In this document: positions 26,196-33,174 of the stretch, in pieces
How positions within the stretch are numbered: position 1 is the stretch's first letter
Layout of the letters: the number at the start of each line of letters is the position of its first letter
Assembly: GCA_036397475.1 (NCBI GenBank)
Contig: DASWIV010000148.1
Coordinates: forward strand, 1 to 33,174
Direction of reading: 5' to 3'
Source: a bacterium
GTDB lineage: Bacteria > JAJVIF01 > JAPKYR01
Length of the DNA: 33,174 bases
The notes under the pieces: model-generated
What the model saw: only the letters and a program-made list of their open reading frames with translations
The model's database searches: none
What the model was told of the DNA's origin: nothing
Program-made: the position numbers and the translations under genes

Positions 26196-26630
26196 ATGAA
26201 GAAATCTTTCATCTCAATTCTGCTAATTGTCCCATTAGCGCTTGCTTTGTTCATTCCATCCTGTGGAGGAGGCTCTCCGGAATCTGTCGTGGCAAATTTC
26301 AGCATGGCGGTAATGGATGGCGATATGACCAAGGCCAAAAAATACTGCACCGATACCTTCAACGGCACCTATTTGGCCGGCGCTTCCGCCATGGAGGATA
26401 TGATGCCGGACCTCGGCGAGGATAAGCCAAGTAAATCTGATCTTCTGGAGAATCTTGAGAGCGAGATAAACGGCGAGACCGCCCGGGTATGGTCAAGCGA
26501 CGCAGCTTTTCTTGTATATGAATTAAAAAAGGAAGCTGGTGGATGGAAGATCAGCGGCTTCGACATGAGCGCCATGATGGAAGGCTTAGGCGATGTGATG
26601 GGAGACATGCCGGGTATGCCGGGAAGCTGA
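26196..26630 (+). CDS. lipoprotein, function unknown (possibly DUF4878-like)
   Basis: Signal peptide with lipobox FIPSCGGGS. SPESVVANFSMAVMDGDMTKAKKY resembles small SnoaL/DUF4878-type lipoproteins. The tail is Met/Gly/Pro-rich. Confidence 0.75.
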   Translation: MKKSFISILLIVPLALALFIPSCGGGSPESVVANFSMAVMDGDMTKAKKYCTDTFNGTYLAGASAMEDMMPDLGEDKPSKSDLLENLESEINGETARVWSSDAAFLVYELKKEAGGWKISGFDMSAMMEGLGDVMGDMPGMPGS

Positions 26631-26686
26631 TCCCGCTACGGCATCTCTTCCGGCAGGAAGACGCTGACCATATGCGTCTCCCCGGG
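26606..26686 (+). repeat. 81-bp direct repeat, copy 2
   Basis: Covers the last codons of 26196-26630 and about 55 bp downstream. It matches 25981-26061. Confidence 0.85.
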
Positions 26687-26755
26687 ATTCCCGTGGAGAA
26701 CTACCATATTTCCTTTCACAAAACTTCTCGACGCATCCGCAATTTTCGTAAATGC

Positions 26756-26782
26756 AAAAAAAAAATACGCACTTCCGTGCGC
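26756..26782 (-). terminator. rho-independent terminator (minus strand)
   Basis: Minus-strand RNA UGCGCAC-GGAA-GUGCGUA (7-bp stem, GNRA loop) followed by a run of 9 U. It lies about 30 nt downstream of the stop at 26815. Confidence 0.75.
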
Positions 26783-26814
26783 AGAAACACTGGCTCTTTA
26801 TCTTCCCGCTCTCT

Positions 26815-27585
26815 TTACATCAACGGTATCTCATTTCCTACCGGACCAAGCCTCTCTTCAACATAAGCTTCCGACATTGCCATGAAATTTTCAGCAAGCG
26901 GTGAATCGCTTGAATCATCCGCCCACTCATTCAGCACCCTCTTATTGTCATTCCACCAATTAAACGCATCGTCCGCTGTCCCGACCGTCAGCGGCAGAAT
27001 GATAGCGTCCCATTCCTCCGAGTTGTGGACCTTGTTCAACGCGTCCGGAATATCAAGAACGTAGCCTCTCGTAATTCGATCCGATAACTCCCTCATACGG
27101 CTCACGAGGTTATCCGGGTATTCCCAGCTCGGGGTCCCGCCAAAAGGAAAATTCGCCACCGTGAAAAATCCGTTCTTCTTGCCTCCGGCTGTTACCCATC
27201 GATGGTCCTTCGGCAAAGGATTCTGGCTGTTATACCATTCGGTCCATGGTGAATCCTCCGGTGCGGTCTGCCATTTCCAGGCTCCCCACGCGACTGTGTT
27301 GCTGGTTCGCCACAGCCCACATCGCGGACAATATTCTGCCGAAACCGTGCTTGGCCCTATTCCGAGTAAGATGATCAGGGTGATTGTCCAGAATACGATG
27401 GTCTTCGCGCGGGCTTCCCTCTGGTGCTGGAGATGCCCGTAGTACGCGACATTAAGTTTTTCGGCTTCCTTCTCGTTGGCTTCGATGTACGGATTTTCCT
27501 CGACATAACCGCCGTCGTTGACGTTACTGTCCCCGCTGCCCGAGCCGTTTTTGTATCTGTCCCGTTCTTTTTGCGTAAATGCCAT
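26815..27585 (-). CDS. membrane-anchored Trp-rich protein, function unknown
   Basis: 256 aa with one TM segment (IVFWTITLIILLGIG). A terminator lies downstream and the promoter region is divergent. Confidence 0.65.
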   Translation of the reverse strand: MAFTQKERDRYKNGSGSGDSNVNDGGYVEENPYIEANEKEAEKLNVAYYGHLQHQREARAKTIVFWTITLIILLGIGPSTVSAEYCPRCGLWRTSNTVAWGAWKWQTAPEDSPWTEWYNSQNPLPKDHRWVTAGGKKNGFFTVANFPFGGTPSWEYPDNLVSRMRELSDRITRGYVLDIPDALNKVHNSEEWDAIILPLTVGTADDAFNWWNDNKRVLNEWADDSSDSPLAENFMAMSEAYVEERLGPVGNEIPLM

Positions 27586-27823
27586 GGATTACACCATTTC
27601 CAATGGTAATTCCTTTACTACATTACCTTTCACCGGCACGCAATTAGTATCTTAAATAAATTTGTCCGGTATACTTAAGTTTCTTAATGATGATTCTCTA
27701 ATGTTGAATAAATCGATGTTAGAACGACATGCCCTTCGTTCCTGATATTCACACCCGTCCATTATAAATAAAAAACAGCCCCTGACAATCCCTGCCGGGA
27801 TTTTGACGGCTCATTTTAGCGTT

Positions 27824-27852
27824 TTCGACCTTTCGACATCCTACGGTATAAT
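27824..27852 (+). promoter_or_regulatory. sigma70-like promoter candidate for the DUF362 gene
   Basis: TTCGAC (27824-27829), 17-nt spacer, TATAAT (27847-27852). Confidence 0.45.
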
Positions 27853-27904
27853 ACTCTCTGTCTAATTCGGGGCATCATTAAAGCAGTACGGAGTAATTTT
27901 AACT

Positions 27905-29038
27905 GTGACACAGTCTAAAGTAGCAGTCATAAAAACCACACCGGAAACAGTCGTCGACGATTACCGTCAGGCGATGAAACTCGCCGACATCGAAAAGCAC
28001 ATCGACGTCACCAAAACCACCATCCTCAAAGACAACATTTCGTGGCATTACCCGTTCCCCGGATCGAACACCACACCGTGGCAGATGGAAGGCTCCATCC
28101 TTGGACTTCAGGACGCCGGTAACACGGATATTGTCTGCGTCCAGAACGAGACAGTCGTAACTCGCGCGAAAAAAGGCGAGCAGCTTAACAAATACGACAT
28201 CTGCTTCGAAAAACACGACATCCCGGTCCTGTACAACTTCCGTAAGGACCACATGAAATGGATCAAGTACAAACCCAAGGCGAAAATGCGTGTCCTCGAC
28301 TTCATTTTTCCGAAGGGATTCATCATCCCCGATTACTTCCTCGGGAAAAATATCCTGCACCAGCCGACAGTAAAGTGCCACATTTACACCACAACCACCG
28401 GAGCGATGAAAAACGCATTCGGCGGCCTTTTGAACACCTCCCGGCACATGACACATTCGGTCATACATGAAACTCTTGTTGACCTTCTCGCGATCCAGAA
28501 GGAAATTCATACCGGCATTTTCGCCGTGATGGACGGCACCACCGCGGGAAACGGTCCGGGTCCAAGGACAATGATCCCTGTCGAGAAGGATGTCATTCTC
28601 GCGAGCGCCGACCAGGTCGCGATCGACGCTGTCTCGGCGTCGATGATGGGATTCAATCCGATGGACATCGGATACATTCATATCGCGCACCACGCCGGAC
28701 TCGGTATGGGTGAACTCGATGGAATCGAAATTGTAGGCGACAAAGAGGTAGCTAACGAACAATGGGGATTCCACGTCGGCGCGAACGCCGCCGCCCGCTA
28801 CGGTGGCCATCCGCTGTGGTTCGGTCCCGGAAAACACATCCAGAAACTGTTCTTCCAGACACCGCTTGTGTATTTGTTCATTCTCGCGTCATATGTGTAC
28901 CACGACGCGATCCAGTGGCCATTTGTGAGTAAGAAGATTTACGATAAGTGGCTGGTCGAAAGCAAATGGGGACGTTTATTTGATGATTACGGCAAAATGG
29001 AAGAACCCCGGGAAATATCTGTCGAAGTCGGCACCTGA
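27905..29038 (+). CDS. DUF362 domain-containing protein with C-terminal hydrophobic extension
   Basis: GTG start. SKVAVIKT at the N-terminus and the VKCHIYTTTTGAMKNAFGGLL block are typical of DUF362, as is the later DQVAIDAV motif. Confidence 0.8.
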   Translation: MTQSKVAVIKTTPETVVDDYRQAMKLADIEKHIDVTKTTILKDNISWHYPFPGSNTTPWQMEGSILGLQDAGNTDIVCVQNETVVTRAKKGEQLNKYDICFEKHDIPVLYNFRKDHMKWIKYKPKAKMRVLDFIFPKGFIIPDYFLGKNILHQPTVKCHIYTTTTGAMKNAFGGLLNTSRHMTHSVIHETLVDLLAIQKEIHTGIFAVMDGTTAGNGPGPRTMIPVEKDVILASADQVAIDAVSASMMGFNPMDIGYIHIAHHAGLGMGELDGIEIVGDKEVANEQWGFHVGANAAARYGGHPLWFGPGKHIQKLFFQTPLVYLFILASYVYHDAIQWPFVSKKIYDKWLVESKWGRLFDDYGKMEEPREISVEVGT

Positions 29039-29115
29039 AAATCCCAGGCACGACAGTAATGGAGTGCTCTGCTAGCGCAAATTTTCATACTCAATTGATG
29101 GTTGGTTATGTTCGG

Positions 29116-30282
29116 TCATTTCCCCTGACTCAGCCACCTTACGTACTCCACTACATCCACATTCCAGACCTCAAACCCCCTCCTGCTCGCTTCAAATTCA
29201 ATCACTTTCTCCCCCCCACTAATTCCCGAAAACTCTACACTCTCGATAACAGCGTCATTGTCGCTTTCAAAAATCTCGAAGCAGCACCGCAATCCTGTCC
29301 CGCATTTCATCCTCTCCCACAACTCTGCCCTCTCTACATCAGTTAATTTCACTCCCTCCATCTCCTGCCCGTTCCCGACCTGCCTGACTTCCTTCACCAG
29401 CGGCATCTTTTCTATCCCGGGCAATTCGCATTTCACTTTCAGGTGTTTTGTATTTTCAAGGTACTCAAACCCATACGCCTGTAGAAACTCGACCGGATAA
29501 TCCGACATCCCCATGACCATCTCCGCGTACGCTTCCACTCCCTCCGCGTTTCCGCTCGAGTACTTGAGCTTCAACTTATCGATAATCTCATTCCGCTCGA
29601 CAACTTCTTCCTGGAACCTGGCGTGTTTCTCCTCCCATTTCTTCAGCCTCTCACCGTACTCCCCCATCACCTCGTCGCGCTTCGTTTCCCACACCTTCAG
29701 ATTTTCAAGATACCTTTTCTTAGTCTCATCAAGCTCCCTGACCTGCGCCTCCCATTCATCATAGTCCTTCTTCCATCGTGCCTTAGCCTGCATTTCCTTC
29801 AGCCCTTTGAATAATCCGCCGCCCTCGACCTTGTACTTTTCACCATTTTCTTTCGGTTCATGCGGAATTTCCCCTTCCGGCTCTTTCGGTTTCGGATTCA
29901 GCTTTGGCTCATCCGGCCTCTGCGTACGAAAAACCGCCTTCGACTTTAAATTCTCCCACACTAACGGCTTGTAGTTATCGATCCCGTACCTTAGCACTCC
30001 GGCATATTTTTCGATTTCTTTTTTCGCGTCCGACGTCAGGTGCTCAGCCCAGACGTCCCACTCCCCACGGGTTTCAGCGATCCCTTTTTTCACTCCGGCG
30101 ATCTGCGACGCAAGCAGCCATTCCTCCGCATGCTTCTCAAAGCTTGCCTTCAGCGAATCGGCTATCGCCTCGACAATAAACGCGTGGCGTCCTTCGATCG
30201 TACGTTCAATCCCTAATTCGCTATTGGAAATTTCCGCGGTGTAAATCTTTGATCCGTCTTCTTTATCTATTTCTTTCAACAT
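29116..30282 (-). CDS. coiled-coil protein related to the N-terminal module of Mrr-type restriction-system proteins; no nuclease domain
   Basis: K/E/W-rich coiled coil, then GNAEGVEAYAEMVMGMSDYPVEF...LKVKCELPGIEKMPLVKEV...CCFEIFESDNDAVIESVEFSG. I recall this module preceding Mrr_cat domains in other bacteria (unverified). It starts 18 nt downstream of recN. Confidence 0.65.
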   Translation of the reverse strand: MLKEIDKEDGSKIYTAEISNSELGIERTIEGRHAFIVEAIADSLKASFEKHAEEWLLASQIAGVKKGIAETRGEWDVWAEHLTSDAKKEIEKYAGVLRYGIDNYKPLVWENLKSKAVFRTQRPDEPKLNPKPKEPEGEIPHEPKENGEKYKVEGGGLFKGLKEMQAKARWKKDYDEWEAQVRELDETKKRYLENLKVWETKRDEVMGEYGERLKKWEEKHARFQEEVVERNEIIDKLKLKYSSGNAEGVEAYAEMVMGMSDYPVEFLQAYGFEYLENTKHLKVKCELPGIEKMPLVKEVRQVGNGQEMEGVKLTDVERAELWERMKCGTGLRCCFEIFESDNDAVIESVEFSGISGGEKVIEFEASRRGFEVWNVDVVEYVRWLSQGK

Positions 30283-30300
30283 TATTGAAATCCAGAATTT

Positions 30301-32007
30301 CTACTGTCTCGACTCCATTCTCTGTTCTTTATCAAGAAAACTTCTCGCGAGAACATCGAGCGCTTCCTTATCGCCACGGGACCCCAGCATCCTCGTTATC
30401 TCCAGAACCCTTTCATCCCCTGTTACTCGTTTCGCCTCCGCCCACGTCCCCTTCCCGTTGCCGCTTTTCATCACGACCCACTGCTCATCGGCCTGGGCAG
30501 CGACCTGTGGAAGATGGCTTACAAGGATCAATTGATGCGATTTCGATAACTCCGATAATTTTTCCCCGACCCTGAACGCCGTCTCGCCGCCGATCCCAGC
30601 CTCCGCTTCGTCGAAAACAAGCGATGGCACCTTGTCCCTTTTCGAAAGCACAATTTTCAATGCGATCAGTAACCTCGACAATTCGCCGCCCGACGCTATC
30701 TTCCTGAGCGGACCCGGATCCTGAGCCTTGTTGGTGGAAATAAGCAATTCAACCTTGTCCATTCCGCTCTCGTGGAAAAAATCATCATCCTTTACCATCT
30801 CGATATTCACGATAAACTCGGCATCTTTAAGATCAAGATCCTTCAAGTGCGATTTCAATTCCCTGGATATTTTCTTCCCGAGCTTATCCCTCAAGCCGGA
30901 CAATTTCTCGGCCTCATCCACATAGTTAATCTTCGCTGCATCTACATTTTTCTGCAATTCGGCAAGCCGCGACTCGGAGTGCGTCACCCTTTCAAGTTCC
31001 AGGCCAAGTTCATCCCTCAGAGTGATCAAACCGGCCTCATTCGTTTTATATTTTCTTTTCAACTGGTGGATGATTGAGATCCTCGACTCCACCTCCTCCC
31101 TTTTCTCCGGATCGTCGACAACATCCATCGCGTATTTTCTGAGATAGTCCGAGATTTCCTCCACCGAAAACAGGGCTTCCTTCAGCTTGGACAGATGATC
31201 ATTGACCGATTCATCCGACTCTTCCAGTTTCTCAAGGAAATTAACGGCTTCTACCAGGAGATCCCTCGCACTGGCGCCGTCCTCCGATTCTCCCGCCAGG
31301 ATCTCCGATCCTTTTTCGGCGAATTCGATCCGCTCTTTCGCGAGCGATAACAGCTTGTGCTCTTTTGTGAGTTCTTCTTCCTCGCCCGCACTCAATTCAG
31401 CCTTATCGAGTTCCGAATGCTGGAACTCGACCAGGTCCCGCCTCTCCCTGGCTTTTTCAATCTCCGATCTTTCCCCCGCGAATTCCTCAACCGACCTTTT
31501 CCATATTCGGAACAATTCTCCGGTTGTTTCCACATTCGACGTATGCTTTTCATCCCCGAACGAATCGAGAATTTCAACCGGCGACCTCCTGAGAATATCG
31601 GCCCTCGCGTTCTGCCCCAGGATATCGATCAGTCTCTCACCTACATCCGAAAGCACCCCTATCGGGACCCTCCGTCCATTCAATCTGCCCGTACTCTGGC
31701 TTCCCTTCTTCACCGTGCGCTCAAGTATCAGTTCCTTTTCTTCCTCATCGATAATCCCGTCCTGAATCAGAATTCTTCCGATATCCTGGCGTTCAGAGAT
31801 GTCGAATACCGCTGTGACAGTGCATTTATCCGCACCCGACGCTATCACGTCCTCTCCTGCACGCTCACCTATCGCGAGCATCAGCGCCTGCAGGCACTGG
31901 GTCTTGCCGGCTCCGGTCTCTCCCGTAAGCGCTGTCATACCGTTAGAAAAATTCAGGTTAACATCGGCGAGGAGTTTGAAATCGGATATGATGAGTTCCT
32001 TTAGCAT
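30301..32007 (-). CDS. recN: DNA repair protein RecN
   Basis: N-terminal Walker A LTGETGAGKT, long coiled coil, C-terminal signature SGGELSRL and Walker B LVFDEAEAGIGG. The nadK-recN pairing is conserved. Confidence 0.93.
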   Translation of the reverse strand: MLKELIISDFKLLADVNLNFSNGMTALTGETGAGKTQCLQALMLAIGERAGEDVIASGADKCTVTAVFDISERQDIGRILIQDGIIDEEEKELILERTVKKGSQSTGRLNGRRVPIGVLSDVGERLIDILGQNARADILRRSPVEILDSFGDEKHTSNVETTGELFRIWKRSVEEFAGERSEIEKARERRDLVEFQHSELDKAELSAGEEEELTKEHKLLSLAKERIEFAEKGSEILAGESEDGASARDLLVEAVNFLEKLEESDESVNDHLSKLKEALFSVEEISDYLRKYAMDVVDDPEKREEVESRISIIHQLKRKYKTNEAGLITLRDELGLELERVTHSESRLAELQKNVDAAKINYVDEAEKLSGLRDKLGKKISRELKSHLKDLDLKDAEFIVNIEMVKDDDFFHESGMDKVELLISTNKAQDPGPLRKIASGGELSRLLIALKIVLSKRDKVPSLVFDEAEAGIGGETAFRVGEKLSELSKSHQLILVSHLPQVAAQADEQWVVMKSGNGKGTWAEAKRVTGDERVLEITRMLGSRGDKEALDVLARSFLDKEQRMESRQ

Positions 32008-32028
32008 TTGAATCTACCAGTGCCGATT

Positions 32029-32913
32029 TCAACGTTCGAACCTGCTTTTATCGAGCGGAATTCCACCGGACCATCCAAGTTTATCCCTGAGCACATCCGA
32101 AAAAATTACCTCTTCGAATCTCACCAGCCCCGCGTCCCTCTCAGCCTTTCCGATCGATACCTTGACCTCGCTATCTTCCGGGTCAAGCTTCGACGCTTCC
32201 TGCCCGTCAGCCATCATTAATATATCCGCCGACGATCTATCGAATTTCGGCCTGAGTACGACATGCGACGAATCGTCCACCACAAGCGGACGGGCACTCA
32301 TCGAATGCGCGCAGATAGGGGTAATAATGAACGCGGGAAGTGTCGGTGACAAAATCGATCCGCCTGCCGAAAGCGAGTACGCTGTCGAGCCGGTCGGTGT
32401 CGCTATGATAAGTCCATCAACTTCGTAACTCGCCAGGAATCTTCCATCCAGTTCCGCTTCGAGCACCGCGATCCCGGAGTTAAACCTGCGATGAAGCACA
32501 ATGTCGTTCAGGGCGAGTATATCGTCCCGGTCCTCTTTTGTTCCCGTTACTTTTGCGTGAAGTCGCGACCTGTACTCCACAGAGTAATCGCCCTCAACCA
32601 GCTTCTCCACTCCATCCTCAATCTCATTGATACCGCTTGTCGTAAGAAATCCAAGCCTTCCGACATTTACTCCCCAGACCGGGATGTTCTGTGCGCATGC
32701 TGTCTGGAGCGCTGTCAGAAGTGTACCGTCGCCACCTACCGATATCACAACCTCCGGAAGCCTGTTGCCTGACTTGTCGCAGATCTCATCGATCGTGATA
32801 ACATCCACCCCGTGCTTTTCGCAGCAGGCGATAACCCGGTCGACAGCATCTGTCGCACGCTGAAATTGCGGATGGACAGCGAGTCCAATGGATTTGACCG
32901 GAGCAGCGCTCAT
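32029..32913 (-). CDS. nadK: NAD+ kinase
   Basis: GGDGTLL motif, NxGxLGFL (NVGRLGFL) and TPTGSTAYSLSAGG. Confidence 0.92.
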   Translation of the reverse strand: MSAAPVKSIGLAVHPQFQRATDAVDRVIACCEKHGVDVITIDEICDKSGNRLPEVVISVGGDGTLLTALQTACAQNIPVWGVNVGRLGFLTTSGINEIEDGVEKLVEGDYSVEYRSRLHAKVTGTKEDRDDILALNDIVLHRRFNSGIAVLEAELDGRFLASYEVDGLIIATPTGSTAYSLSAGGSILSPTLPAFIITPICAHSMSARPLVVDDSSHVVLRPKFDRSSADILMMADGQEASKLDPEDSEVKVSIGKAERDAGLVRFEEVIFSDVLRDKLGWSGGIPLDKSRFER

Positions 32914-33001
32914 AGGGTGGTCAATTTAGCATATAAAGGTGGATGGGTAAATTCGATTGCCATCTTTCAGAAGTCCCGGGCATCAGCCCGGACATCCCGA
33001 C

Positions 33002-33174
33002 TGGGAACCCTAAACGCCGGAGCGCGGGATTCCCATCACGCATGCATAATAAAAAGAAATGCGTGATGGGAGCCCTAAACGCCGGAGCGCAGGATTCCCA
33101 TCACGCATGTATAATAAATAGAAATTCGTGATGGGAACCCTAAACGCCGGAGCGCGGGATTCCCATCACGCATG
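33002..33174. repeat. 65-bp tandem repeat of long hairpins (at least 2.7 copies), running off the right window edge
   Basis: Unit starts at about 32996 (partial), 33061 and 33126. Each unit has a 12-bp stem GCGTGATGGGAA / TTCCCATCACGC around CCCTAAACGCCGGAGCGCGGGA, followed by an AT-rich 16-nt linker. Confidence 0.85.

Noticed and set aside
27899-28837. 312-aa ORF on the minus strand, almost exactly antisense to the DUF362 gene
   Set aside because: This is a shadow ORF. It mirrors the sense gene's frame, so it stays open simply because TTA, CTA and TCA codons are rare in the sense gene. It has an R/V/D/F/H-rich nonsense-like composition, no RBS, and no recognisable motif. The plus-strand gene has clear DUF362 blocks.
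33002-33174. Possible CRISPR array (49-bp palindromic repeats with short intervening sequence)
   Set aside because: The 'spacers' are only 16 nt long and nearly identical to each other (CATAATAAAAAGAAAT versus TATAATAAATAGAAAT). This is a plain 65-bp tandem repeat, and no cas genes are present in the window.

Overview
This is a chromosomal window from a diderm bacterium of moderate GC. I cannot assign a species from sequence alone, and no tRNA, rRNA or CRISPR array was found. About 85 percent is coding.

Ordinary content:
- A long minus-strand outer-membrane and lipid A operon (3.5-13.5 kb): membrane-anchored unknown, bamA, unknown, skp/ompH, unknown, lpxD, lpxA, Gfo/Idh/MocA oxidoreductase, lpxB.
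- Scattered genes: VOC/glyoxalase, HNH endonuclease, lipoproteins, GNAT, MFS, DoxX, a hydantoinase A/B pair, DUF362, and nadK-recN followed by a coiled-coil protein.

The most unusual stretch is 16.7-22.3 kb. In order it contains:
- a roughly 255-nt structured intergenic element;
- a 77-aa helical protein gene with its own terminator;
- a strong promoter, a three-helix leader that looks like a GEMM-I (c-di-GMP-I) riboswitch, and a terminator;
- an orphan TadE-like/TadG-like pseudopilin pair;
- a Y1/HUH (RAYT-like) transposase gene embedded in a head-to-tail array of seven 122-bp multi-hairpin repeats;
- a second, old TadG-like paralog with its own related promoter.

No Flp pilin, Tad ATPase, platform, secretin or prepilin peptidase gene is present in the window.

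Other points: the left edge carries an AT-rich, foreign-looking gene, and the right edge runs into a 65-bp tandem array of long hairpins. All functional calls come from by-eye motif recognition in the supplied translations. No database search or folding program was run.
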